From the NCBI GenBank assembly GCA_051439425.1, contig JBFRWD010000159.1, forward strand, positions 1 to 29,824: a stretch of DNA of 29,824 nucleotides. The letters are read 5' to 3'. Shown piece after piece: positions 1 through 9,049 of this stretch. A model generated the notes under the pieces. That model did no database searches. It saw only the letters and a list, made by a program, of their open reading frames with translations, and was not told the DNA's origin. The translations under genes and the position numbers were made by a program. The stretch's first letter is position 1; every line of letters begins with the position of its first letter. The DNA comes from Synechococcus sp. (GTDB lineage Bacteria > Cyanobacteriota > Cyanobacteriia > Thermostichales > PCC-7336).

Positions 1-49
1 GGTGTGTGAGAAGTCGGTCAACCCATCAAGGACAGCACTACGATCGCCG

Positions 50-67
50 TTTACAAAACTTGACATT
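50..67 (+). promoter_or_regulatory. HLR1-type direct repeat (RpaB site) overlapping a TTGACA -35 box upstream of hli
   Basis: TTTACAAA-AC-TTGACATT matches the (G/T)TTACA(T/A)(T/A)-N2 direct repeat with one mismatch. TTGACA lies at 60-65, about 65 nt before the hli ATG, which is the typical arrangement for hli promoters. Confidence 0.7.
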
Positions 68-129
68 CTCAAAAACTGAAGACACCATAAAGACAGGTTA
101 AGCACCTTCACTCGCACAGGAGACAACGT

Positions 130-273
130 ATGGAATCTCAAGACACTCGTTTCGGTTTCACTGGTTTTGCAGAAAAGTGGAATGGTCGTCTGGCCATGTT
201 GGGCTTCGTCATCGGCATCGCCACCGAGCTGTTGACCGGTGAAGGCATCCTGACCCAGATCGGTCTGATGTAA
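130..273 (+). CDS. hli: High light inducible protein (HLIP/SCP, one-helix CAB-like), 47 aa; not in the ORF track
   Basis: Manual translation MESQDTRFGFTGFAEKWNGRLAMLGFVIGIATELLTGEGILTQIGLM* contains the ExxNGRLAMLG chlorophyll-binding motif. AGGAGA RBS at about 118-123. Confidence 0.97.
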   Translation: MESQDTRFGFTGFAEKWNGRLAMLGFVIGIATELLTGEGILTQIGLM

Positions 274-324
274 ATCAGCGATCGCAGAGTTGCTCCAAAC
301 TCTGAAGTTAAGTAGTACTATGTC

Positions 325-355
325 GCTCTCGCACAACAAGTGTGGGAGCTTTTTT
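325..355 (+). terminator. Rho-independent terminator of hli
   Basis: Stem GCTCTCGCAC / GTGTGGGAGC (10 bp, two G-U pairs), 5-nt loop, then TTTTTT. Confidence 0.8.
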
Positions 356-588
356 ATTCCTATCGGTTCGGTACTTTAGCGATCAGCAATTCGCTATGGA
401 GACTTCCCTGACTACTTTTCCTTGAAAATCAATTATTTTTGCGGTCTCAACCCTCCAGACCTTACAACGGATGGCTATATGCGCTGGCTGCAAAGCTGCG
501 GCTGAAGTCAGTCAATACTCTGTCAACCGCCTCAATTACCCTAGAAATCTGCTGTTAGCAGCGTTGTTGGTAAGCAGCCTTGTGTGGC

Positions 589-1467
589 TTAGAGGGGTGG
601 TGCGGCTCCCAGCAAGCTAAGAATGCCGAACACCATACTTAACCGTTCCAGCGTTGTAAACCGCCGACTCGCAATCGCCGCTGGAACTCCGCCACTGCCA
701 GCCAGGGCGCTCGCCAAGCTCATCAGCATCGCCGTTGTAAAACTGGCAAACCATACCGGATGCGCTATCGGCACCACGAGCAGGGTAATGGGGATAGCCC
801 CCAACAATACCGCAATCGCTCCCCACGCGATCGCTAGCGCCGTTTGGCCTCCCCACCGAGTGGCAATGGTCGTAATACCGCGATCGCTATCTCCAGTTGC
901 ATCGCGGACATCCCAAATAATTTCTTTCACCCATTGGTAGATCGACAAGAATCCTGTGGCAGCTAACAAGGCCCAAGGTCGGTGAACTACCAATCCCGCA
1001 AATACAATCAGAGCTGCTACGAAGATAGCGACGATGATATTCCCCAAAATGCCGCTGTACTTCAAAATCTGCGAGTAATACCACATCAGCGGGATGGCAA
1101 CCGCTGCCCAAAAGAACGGTATGAGTCCCAACAGCAGAGCGGCGATCGCGGCAATGGCAAACAGACTAGTAGCCCCCATGCGTGCTTGCGAACGGGTCAG
1201 GTGTCCGGACGGCAACGGTCGGTCGGGATGGTTGATGCGATCCTTTTCTACATCCCAATAGTCGTTAATGGCGCAGGATGCAGAGTACATGCAACTGAGG
1301 ACGACAGTGGTCAGCACGTAGCTGGCGAATGGCGTACTGGAATCTAGGGAATAGATGGTCGCACAACCTGCTAGGCCCGCCAACAATCCGACTGGCCACC
1401 GGAAGAGATGGGCAAATGCCTGCACTTGTCCAGACAGAGTATGGCGTGGGTCACAATGGCGAACCAC
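589..1467 (-). CDS. UbiA-superfamily prenyltransferase (DGGGP synthase-like subfamily)
   Basis: Aspartate-rich motifs NDYWDVEKDRINHPDRPL and WDVRDATGD, plus multiple transmembrane helices. Confidence 0.85.
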   Translation of the reverse strand: MVRHCDPRHTLSGQVQAFAHLFRWPVGLLAGLAGCATIYSLDSSTPFASYVLTTVVLSCMYSASCAINDYWDVEKDRINHPDRPLPSGHLTRSQARMGATSLFAIAAIAALLLGLIPFFWAAVAIPLMWYYSQILKYSGILGNIIVAIFVAALIVFAGLVVHRPWALLAATGFLSIYQWVKEIIWDVRDATGDSDRGITTIATRWGGQTALAIAWGAIAVLLGAIPITLLVVPIAHPVWFASFTTAMLMSLASALAGSGGVPAAIASRRFTTLERLSMVFGILSLLGAAPPL

Positions 1468-1574
1468 AACAACCTCCCGGTTGGGGATGAGGTGGCGCTC
1501 TCTAGTTCCATGATATTTCCCTGCCTTCGAGCGATAGGGTGTGGTTTCAGGCTGTGACTCATGTGGGGCTGGGC

Positions 1575-3677
1575 TTACTCACTCAGGGCGGGTTTCTCCA
1601 TCCGGTGCAACTGCTGCACCAATAGGCTCAGGAACAATCCCACATCCGTCACTATGCCCACCGATTCCAGCGAACCGCGATCGGCCAGCTTGGTGACTAC
1701 TGACGGATTGATATCCACACAAACGAGCTTCACACCCGCCGGGGTCATGTTGCCCACCCCAATAGAATGCAGCATGGTGGAGAGCATCAGGATAATATCG
1801 GCCCCTCTGGCCAACTCGGCATAGTCCGTCTGAGCTTGCACCAGATCCATTTGTGTTTCGGGTAAGGGGCCGTCGTCGCGAATGGAACCGGCCAGGGAAA
1901 ATGGTACCCCTCGACGAACGCATTCGTAGAAGATCCCGCTCGAGATAGCCCCCGCCTCCACTGCTGCGGCAATGCTGCCGTGCTTGCGAATCAAGTTGAT
2001 GGTTTTGAGGTGATGGCGGTGTCCCCCTTTGACGGCTTGTCCCCTCTGCAGGTCGACTCCCAGAGACGTACCGTATAGAGTTTGTTCCAGATCGTGTACG
2101 GCGATCGCGTTTCCTCCCAAAATGCTTTGTACGTAACCTTCGCGTATGAGGGACGCCAAGTGCGGGCCACCACCGGTATGAATGACTACTGGTCCTGCAA
2201 CAACAATAGTTTTGCCACCGCGATCGCGCACCTGCCGCAGTTCCCATGCAATGCGATCGACCGCCAACTCCACCCGCCGCTCGCTAGAGACACTGGAGCC
2301 CATAAACGAAAATTCCTGCGGCGATCGCTCCTGGAGAGACTGACGCACGGTGCGCACCCCTTGCAATCCGCACACCACCAACTCCCCCACCTTCAGGTCG
2401 CGAATCAACCGGCAGACCGCTCGTGGATGTCCCACTTCGGTGCCCGTTACGGCAATGGTGCCGTCCATTCTTTGGTTGCGGATAGGTAGCCACTCCCCCT
2501 GCATCAACACCTCTGTTGGATAAATAGACGTGACGTAAAACTCCTCGGGAGCCACACCTGATTGCACGACCGGCTGTAAATTAGCATTGCGCTCGAACTC
2601 GTCTGCCGATGTAGCGCCCCGCGCAATTAACTGACTGAGAATGTCGTCCAGCTCCAGAGCACTAGCGGCGCAGACGTGCAACTTGACTGACGATGGGTTC
2701 TGACGTTGCTCTCCCAGTTGAAACTGCTCGATCTGGAAGCTCCCTCCCCCTGACACAATTGTGTCGAGGACGTCGTTGAGGAGATTGCTGTCCAGTAACT
2801 GTCCCTTGAAGGATATGCTGCGGCTGCAAACGGCGACTTTTTCAACAGCTTCGGGGGATAGCTGTTCAGTCAGCCGCAACGTCAGACACTTGGCTGCGCC
2901 CCCCGCTTTGATAAACTCACTCAGGTCGAGGTCGACCACGGCAAAGCCGCGCGTTTCTAGGATGGCTCGCAACTCGGAACTGACTCGATTGACAACAATC
3001 GTGCCATCTATATCGACGGCGTTACAGGCAAAATTGAGGGCATCCGCTTCGCTAATTGCAATCCGCTTGTCCTTTGGGACTCGTATCTCGATTAGTCGAT
3101 TGGAGTAGGTGTCGAACGCATTCGGGTAATACAGGAGGTAGCCACTGGAAAGCGGGCAAAAACAGGTATCGAGATGGTAGAACCGGTTATCCACTAGATG
3201 CAGCGACAGCACTTCAAGATTGAGCAGTGACGCCAGTAGTGGATGAGCTTCCAGTGCTGTCCGAAAACCGTAGCCAGCCCATAACCATCGTCCGGCACGA
3301 TCCAGTAGGGCATCGCCTGCCCCTTCAAAGGCGATCCCTTCAGGCAGCTTGAGAACAATATGGTGACGCGATTTAAACCAAGCCTCGAAGTGGCGCTGCT
3401 CCCCTTGTCGCTCCGAGTAGCGGAAGTTGCTGAGGATAACCGTGCGATCGAGCACCATTCCTGCATTAGCCGTAAAGACCATATCGGGCCAGCCACTCGC
3501 TGGTTGCACTCGTTCAACCTCCGCATATTGCTGCAGGGTTGTGCATAGTTGCTGCCACTGTTGATGGGCATCCTCCCGATTCAAGCGGTGTAGGTTGCCA
3601 CTCATCCAGGGGTTGATGATGTAGTCGATATCGTAGTGGTCTGGGGGACACATCAAAAATCGAATCGAGTCAGTCAT
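1575..3677 (-). CDS. argZ: Bifunctional arginine dihydrolase / ornithine cyclodeaminase (ArgZ/AgrE, TIGR00300-containing)
   Basis: N-terminal amidinotransferase-fold motifs (PDMVFTAN, FEGAGD, FYHLDTCF, GGAAKCLTL) and a C-terminal domain with GPVVIHTGG, GSIRDDGPLP and STMLHSIG. The 700-aa length matches cyanobacterial ArgZ/AgrE. Confidence 0.92.
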   Translation of the reverse strand: MTDSIRFLMCPPDHYDIDYIINPWMSGNLHRLNREDAHQQWQQLCTTLQQYAEVERVQPASGWPDMVFTANAGMVLDRTVILSNFRYSERQGEQRHFEAWFKSRHHIVLKLPEGIAFEGAGDALLDRAGRWLWAGYGFRTALEAHPLLASLLNLEVLSLHLVDNRFYHLDTCFCPLSSGYLLYYPNAFDTYSNRLIEIRVPKDKRIAISEADALNFACNAVDIDGTIVVNRVSSELRAILETRGFAVVDLDLSEFIKAGGAAKCLTLRLTEQLSPEAVEKVAVCSRSISFKGQLLDSNLLNDVLDTIVSGGGSFQIEQFQLGEQRQNPSSVKLHVCAASALELDDILSQLIARGATSADEFERNANLQPVVQSGVAPEEFYVTSIYPTEVLMQGEWLPIRNQRMDGTIAVTGTEVGHPRAVCRLIRDLKVGELVVCGLQGVRTVRQSLQERSPQEFSFMGSSVSSERRVELAVDRIAWELRQVRDRGGKTIVVAGPVVIHTGGGPHLASLIREGYVQSILGGNAIAVHDLEQTLYGTSLGVDLQRGQAVKGGHRHHLKTINLIRKHGSIAAAVEAGAISSGIFYECVRRGVPFSLAGSIRDDGPLPETQMDLVQAQTDYAELARGADIILMLSTMLHSIGVGNMTPAGVKLVCVDINPSVVTKLADRGSLESVGIVTDVGLFLSLLVQQLHRMEKPALSE

Positions 3678-3968
3678 AGCAATCTATCCGACGGATGACT
3701 ACACGAAAAACCGCAAGTTTTGCTGGAGGACAGTGGCTGGTATCAAATGTCTCGGTTAAACCTGACAGCAAAGCCCAGAAACTGCGATCTCAGGCAAGGA
3801 TTGGAGGCGCTATCCCAGCACTGTGAGCGTTTCGATCTAAATATCTAGTCTGACTCGATTTTGGCTGATATAGCAGTGTCCTTGCCACTACGGACATTTC
3901 GGCTATATTCAACCCTGACTGCGATTGGAAAACGTTGTCCTAACTGAACTTGAGTTCGATAGACCACA

Positions 3969-4003
3969 CCCCCAGCCCCTCTCTCACATTGGGAGAGGGG
4001 AGC
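3969..4003. repeat. Small GC-rich hairpin of the cyanobacterial dispersed-repeat type (CCCCTCTC...GGGAGAGGGG)
   Basis: CCCCCAG-CCCCTCTCTC-ACATT-GGGAGAGGGG-AGC forms a 10-bp stem. It resembles REP-like small dispersed repeats common in cyanobacterial intergenic DNA; there is a single copy in this window. Confidence 0.55.
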
Positions 4004-4284
4004 AAGAGGCTTCAAACCCTAATGGTTTCGTTGTACAGCGAAGGCATTAAGCAACTCAAATTGCTCTGTCGAACTGACATTAACTGAATTGGCAAACACT
4101 TTACGTGGCATCTCAGTTACCCCGAGGGGCATGAAATGTGCATATGTCCCTCGCCTGCCGATGAGCATGATCGCGATCGACCCTCTGCTCCCAAGACCAA
4201 ACAACTGCAATACCCATCTGTTATCTGTCAGGATGTCCAGGTATGAGAGCCTCTAAGACTTACAGCGTCTAATTGTCGCAGTGA

Positions 4285-5691
4285 CTAATTTGCAGAGGTC
4301 TGGGCTTCACAGCCCTGCACCTTATAGGTAAACGAATCTAAGAGAGTTGCCGCTTGGCCGTTTTCTTTAAGGCCGAAGGTTTCCACAGAGAGTTCATCTT
4401 GCGAGACATGGAGCTTTGTAAAGACGTGCATTGTATTGTCGCGCACGGCAACCCACGGGGATGGAGGAGCCTTGAAGACAGAAAAGCCTCCGCTCTTATT
4501 GCTCAATTTGCCTCCTGGACTAGTTTTGACCCAGGTGACACCATCGTCGAGTGAGTAGCAACTTTTGGAAGCAGACGTGGATGTAATATCGTTGGGAACA
4601 CCAACTAATGGGTAGGTGCGCTCGAAGGCTTGATCGTGGGATGTCAGAACTACCTCGATCCCCAACTCCTCGAATAGCGGCCCCAACTGAGCCCTCAAGG
4701 CTAAATTGGATGGATGGCTAGCTCCTTCTGCAAATGGAGCAACGTGCATGTAAGGGATAATCCATTGGAAACCGTCTTCTTGGGCTTGGCGAATATCCTG
4801 TTCGATCCATTCCAAGGCTTCGGGTTCTAGCCCCTGCTGCTCGTAAATTGCGAAAATCGAGACAAAGTGGGCGTTGCCGACATTAAACGAATAGTTGCGC
4901 CCATCGGGAGTTCCAGGTGGAGTTGCGAAGCGCTGCTGCCAAAGACTGGTATTTTCTTTCAACACGGCTTCGTGGTTACCGTACGTTGGCATGAAGATCG
5001 ACTGAGGCAATGCCGGGGCCATTTGCTTGAACCAAGCATCGATCGCTCTTGGCAGCGGACCGTGGCGATCATCCGAACTGTAGTAGGCGTAATCGCCCCC
5101 CCCTAATATAAGCAGTGGTTTGCGTTGGGCAATCTCATCAATAATTTGGCGAGTACCTTTTGCGAGGCCGTCTCGGCGTCCATCCAATCCAGTATCGGCA
5201 ACGTAAATCACATCGAAATCACTCTCACCTTTGGGTGGAGCAGTTTTGAACTGGAATGCAGAACTCCACTTCCTTTGAGAAAAATCGCCTTTAATACGGT
5301 ACTCGTAGGTTGTGTTGGGGGTGAGATTGTAAATGGTAGCCTCGTGTATCACGCCACTGGAATCGGTCTGAATTTGCTTACCCATGACGCTGTACCAGTC
5401 CGACTCTCCCGGTAGACGGTACCCCACGTGGGAAGGTGTTTCGATACGCCGAGTGTGCCAGCGAAGCGTGACAGATGTGTCGGATGCTTTATCCCAGGCC
5501 AGATAAATTTGAGAGGGTGGCTGAATCCAATAATTTCTATACTGACTTTTCGCGACTCTGAATGCGATTAGTGCACCGGCCAGTAAGAGAATTACGATAA
5601 AAAATAGCATTGTCAGAGACTTCAGAATTTTTAGCAGTCGAGACCGGCTGGAAGTGGTGTTGACGTTTTTGGGATGGTCGTTGTTCTTCAT
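4285..5691 (-). CDS. Membrane-anchored purple acid phosphatase-like metallophosphoesterase with an FN3-like domain
   Basis: N-terminal transmembrane helix, FN3-like segment (HEATIYNLTPNTTYEYRI), and PAP motifs DTG, GDYAY, GNHE, YMH and SHDQ. Confidence 0.85.
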   Translation of the reverse strand: MKNNDHPKNVNTTSSRSRLLKILKSLTMLFFIVILLLAGALIAFRVAKSQYRNYWIQPPSQIYLAWDKASDTSVTLRWHTRRIETPSHVGYRLPGESDWYSVMGKQIQTDSSGVIHEATIYNLTPNTTYEYRIKGDFSQRKWSSAFQFKTAPPKGESDFDVIYVADTGLDGRRDGLAKGTRQIIDEIAQRKPLLILGGGDYAYYSSDDRHGPLPRAIDAWFKQMAPALPQSIFMPTYGNHEAVLKENTSLWQQRFATPPGTPDGRNYSFNVGNAHFVSIFAIYEQQGLEPEALEWIEQDIRQAQEDGFQWIIPYMHVAPFAEGASHPSNLALRAQLGPLFEELGIEVVLTSHDQAFERTYPLVGVPNDITSTSASKSCYSLDDGVTWVKTSPGGKLSNKSGGFSVFKAPPSPWVAVRDNTMHVFTKLHVSQDELSVETFGLKENGQAATLLDSFTYKVQGCEAQTSAN

Positions 5692-5867
5692 GGGAATTGG
5701 CTGGTCTCTTCAGGCTGGATTGAAGATTTGAACATTGGTGCATGAGAAGCTCTTGCGGGCTTGGGTACTCGCGGAGAATTCGTAAATCTCGAATGCGAGA
5801 ACAAGTCAAGCGCTCCACAAGGTCTCAGGCGATTTGAAGGGGGATGACAGACCGATCCGACACACGA

Positions 5868-5905
5868 TGACATCGTATATAGATGAAAATCTATATACGA
5901 TGTCA
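5868..5905. repeat. Perfect 17-bp inverted repeat with a 4-nt loop
   Basis: TGACATCGTATATAGAT-GAAA-ATCTATATACGATGTCA; the arms are exact reverse complements. Confidence 0.9.
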
Positions 5906-6009
5906 CTTGCAGCGTCATTTTACATATAAGTCTTTGGTATAAGTTCCTGCATACACGAATGTATGTGCTTTTGAGTACCTAAGGTACCCTGCCAGAACCT
6001 TCGCTGCAC

Positions 6010-7011
6010 TTAGCAAGCGCTCGACTGAGCCCGTGCCGAGCCTGTCTGGTTACTCACTGTGGCACGAGTCGGTGTCGGGGCTCGGTGGGCACGGAACATG
6101 CCGAACCGACATAGTCTTGCTCCAAATGCAACCCGCATTAGTAGTAGTGTGGGTACCTCTCGCACTGATTTGATGAAGCCTAACAGACCAAACTTTATTA
6201 ACCCTTGAGGGCGAGCAATACCTTGCCAAATTGAGTCCAGCCACGACGGTAGAGTTGCTGTTGTCCAGTCATCGGTATCAACAGAGCCATCCACTAGTCC
6301 GGTTTCAGCTAACAGTTCTGCGAATCCTTCGATGCTGGAGAATGCCGGGTGAGACCACTGATCGAGCAGCTGCTTCATGACGATGCTTTCCCAACCATTT
6401 AATGGGGTCTGGCGATCGTCCCGCTGATTCCAGTCTGCCACCACTAAAATGCCACCCGGCTTTAGGACGCGCATCAGTTCGCGGGCAAATCGAGCCTTGT
6501 CGGGCATGTGTGGGCCTGCCTCGACTGACCACACCACATCAAAGCTTGCGTCGGGATAAGACAGCGCCATGGCATCGTCAACCCTAAAGGTAGCGGTTAC
6601 ACCTTTTGGGGTGAGTTGTTGGGCGCGCTTGACTTGCTGGGGGCTGATGGTGACACCGGTGACCTCAAATCCATAGTCTTTGGCCAGGATTCTGCTACTG
6701 CCGCCAATGCCACAGCCCACGTCTAAAACCGTTGTGCCAGTGGGCAGCCGATCGAGGCCGCCCCACTTGACCATCTCATGTACAAAATCGATTTTGGCCT
6801 GCAGAAAATCAGTCCGGCGAGGGGGAGAGCCGTAATGACCCAGGTGAATGTGTTCACCCCAGTAAAATTCCAATATGCCATCGTCTGTCCACTCGTCGTA
6901 GGAGTTGGCGACTGACTCTGATGACTCGTATTGGCGTGGAGTCAGCAGGTATAGCAGAATCCCGGCTATTGGCAGAGCAATGAGAAGAGCAAGGACGAGG
7001 GTGAGATTCAT
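6010..7011 (-). CDS. MPBQ/MSBQ methyltransferase (tocopherol/plastoquinone pathway, Sll0418-like)
   Basis: YDEWTDDGILEFYWGEHIHLGHYG signature, SAM motif VLDVGCGIGG, and an N-terminal hydrophobic anchor. Confidence 0.85.
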   Translation of the reverse strand: MNLTLVLALLIALPIAGILLYLLTPRQYESSESVANSYDEWTDDGILEFYWGEHIHLGHYGSPPRRTDFLQAKIDFVHEMVKWGGLDRLPTGTTVLDVGCGIGGSSRILAKDYGFEVTGVTISPQQVKRAQQLTPKGVTATFRVDDAMALSYPDASFDVVWSVEAGPHMPDKARFARELMRVLKPGGILVVADWNQRDDRQTPLNGWESIVMKQLLDQWSHPAFSSIEGFAELLAETGLVDGSVDTDDWTTATLPSWLDSIWQGIARPQGLIKFGLLGFIKSVREVPTLLLMRVAFGARLCRFGMFRAHRAPTPTRATVSNQTGSARAQSSAC

Positions 7012-7139
7012 GAACAGTGGTTGTTATATTTGTTCATAATTCTGCCTTATAATCTTATCCTTGTGAGTGGCTAGGCGATTCGTTGGGTTGTGGCCCCCCA
7101 TGCAGATACTGTCGTAGACACTTTGGAAGACTGAAAACT

Positions 7140-7586
7140 ATGAGCCTCCGTAATGTCAAGCTTTCTTTCCTAAAATCCTTTGCCTCGGGACTTGCTAACT
7201 TCCTGATGGTAGTGGCTTTAGTTCTGAGTCTATTTGGTAATGTTTCACCTGCTATGGCCGCCAGTCCTGGCAATCAAGCCAGCCAGCAGATTGAGATTGA
7301 TGCCACCCCTAGCGCTGTCTTCAATGCCGCTCAACAAGCATTCGAGGCTTGGCCTAGAGGGGAATTTGTGAAGGCCGATGAAGATACCCGAGTGGTTACT
7401 GGATTCTCTCGCACGAACCTGTTTAAGTTTGTTGATGATGTGGACGTGGCGATTGCCCCCAACGAAGGCGATCCCAGCAAGACAGTTCTTTCGATACAGT
7501 CGGTCGGTCGGATGGGCGAATTTGATTTTGGCGGGAATCAACGGAACATCGATGAGTACATGGACGCGTTAAGAGCGTTGCTGTAA
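7140..7586 (+). CDS. DUF1499-like exported protein
   Basis: Signal-peptide-like N-terminus (..PAMA-AS) and the DUF1499-like pattern FKFVDDV...S.GRMGEFDFGGNQRNI. ATG 7140 chosen over the upstream TTG 7083. Confidence 0.7.
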   Translation: MSLRNVKLSFLKSFASGLANFLMVVALVLSLFGNVSPAMAASPGNQASQQIEIDATPSAVFNAAQQAFEAWPRGEFVKADEDTRVVTGFSRTNLFKFVDDVDVAIAPNEGDPSKTVLSIQSVGRMGEFDFGGNQRNIDEYMDALRALL

Positions 7587-7812
7587 TCCTCCTGACCTGC
7601 CGAATGCGCCAGCATTACAATGCACCCAGGTTGAATTCTGAACTTATGCAAGCGATGCTCATAGCATGATCTGAACAACTTATCTCCGGCGCTGTCACAA
7701 TGTCGGCTAGTTCTCCCCCATTGGCCGCCAATGTGTGGATGACACTCTTGAACAGTAGTGGGTTGTGACTGTATCTGAAGGAACTTGGCCGCACGTATGC
7801 AGGAGGTGAGAG

Positions 7813-8571
7813 ATGCGATCGCGAACCATAGCAGTGATGTCACTGGCCACTGTTTTGCCCTTAAGTGTTGCGGGCTTGCCTGCTATGGCTCAGTTTGTTG
7901 GTGCATTGGTCGATCCGCTGGTAGCCAATTGGATTCGCTCTGAAGTTGATAGCGTTGACAACTTGTCGGTTGATATTTCCGGCTCGGATAGCAATTTGCT
8001 AAATGGGCGTATCGATACAGCGGAGGTTTCGGGAGACAATCTAGTTTACGAAGATTTGTACTTGTCCAGAGTGGAGTTAGCTGGGCGAAATATTCGTTTG
8101 ACTGTGGATGAAGCACTCAACGGTGGCAGTCTTAATTTAGTCGAGCCTGTTCCTGTCAGAGCGTTCATCCGCTTGACTGAAGCTGATTTGAATCGATCGC
8201 TTCAAGCACCACAAATTCAAGCGCAGTTGGCAGAGGAAATGGTTGAAATCCCGTTTGCAGATGCTGAACCCGTGGCGTTTCAACTGCGCGACCCGCAGGT
8301 GTACATTTTGGATGGTCAAGTCAAAATAGATGCGCTATTGAATGCTGGTGGAGAGAATGTGCCTGTATCTGTCACCACGGGTCTATTTCCCCAAGACGGC
8401 AGCCAGCTATTACTGATTAACCCCACATGGCTGAGTGACGATGGTTCGCAAACCCTGATTGCTGGTTTGGATGGCGTCGCGATCGACCTAGGACCTGATG
8501 TATCTATCGATCGCCTGAATTTAGGTGCTGGAGAGCTGGTCTACCGAGGCACAATTACACTTCAACCTTGA
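7813..8571 (+). CDS. DUF2993 (LmeA-like) exported protein
   Basis: AGGAGG RBS, signal peptide ending PAMA-Q, and the pattern W.RS.VD.V.NL.V.I.G....LL.G.I with RLTEADLNRSL typical of cyanobacterial DUF2993. Confidence 0.75.
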   Translation: MRSRTIAVMSLATVLPLSVAGLPAMAQFVGALVDPLVANWIRSEVDSVDNLSVDISGSDSNLLNGRIDTAEVSGDNLVYEDLYLSRVELAGRNIRLTVDEALNGGSLNLVEPVPVRAFIRLTEADLNRSLQAPQIQAQLAEEMVEIPFADAEPVAFQLRDPQVYILDGQVKIDALLNAGGENVPVSVTTGLFPQDGSQLLLINPTWLSDDGSQTLIAGLDGVAIDLGPDVSIDRLNLGAGELVYRGTITLQP

Positions 8572-8785
8572 TGGTATTGGGCTGGACGGCGGGGAGCTCC
8601 CGAGGCTGAACAGTCATGCTTTGGACGCGAGCCGCGTGTAATTTAGAATCCGACAGGGATGCCACTGAAGCCATGGAGTACGCGAAGACTCCACCCAAAC
8701 TGACAGCAATTCCGAGTGCCAAGCTTGCTGCAATAACCATTTTAAAACCTACCCGAGCTGAAATTAAGCGTTTATCTGGAGACAT
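8555..8785 (-). CDS. Small single-pass membrane or exported hypothetical protein (76 aa)
   Basis: ATG start, basic N-terminus followed by a hydrophobic helix (MVIAASLALGIAVSLGGVFAY). It fills an otherwise empty gap and overlaps the DUF2993 gene by 17 nt tail-to-tail. Confidence 0.45.
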   Translation of the reverse strand: MSPDKRLISARVGFKMVIAASLALGIAVSLGGVFAYSMASVASLSDSKLHAARVQSMTVQPRELPAVQPNTIKVEV

Positions 8786-9049
8786 CTATACTAGAAGTCA
8801 ACCAGTCAATTTTTCGATAAGACTGAATGCCCCAACGGTTAAATAGCTTCATCTAATGCGCAAAATGTGACGGGAAGTGCACTGAATGGAACTGCTTAGG
8901 GCGAATGGCGATTTTTTCTGTGGTTCAGCCCACTGAGAGTTGATGGTAAGGGCCGAGCGCAAGACTTGCTGCGAGTCAGCAGTTTTTTGGCAATTTAATG
9001 TGGCCAGCGATTGGTTCCGTGGCTCATGCAATCACCAAGGCTAGTCCGA

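Noticed and set aside
617..1347. Alternative-frame and antisense ORFs over the prenyltransferase, and similar shadow ORFs throughout (for example 1579-2247, 19047-19601, 19991-20521, 22841-23302)
   Set aside because: They overlap well-supported genes and have no recognisable motifs, as expected for shadow ORFs at this GC content.
5974..5988. Cyanobacterial LexA-box-like AGTAC...GTACC
   Set aside because: The spacer is 5 nt rather than the 4 nt of the RGTAC-N4-GTWC consensus.
8860..8910. Cobalamin-riboswitch-like GGGAA near cbiT
   Set aside because: It lacks the B12-box and conserved stems, and lies downstream of cbiT on the opposite strand.
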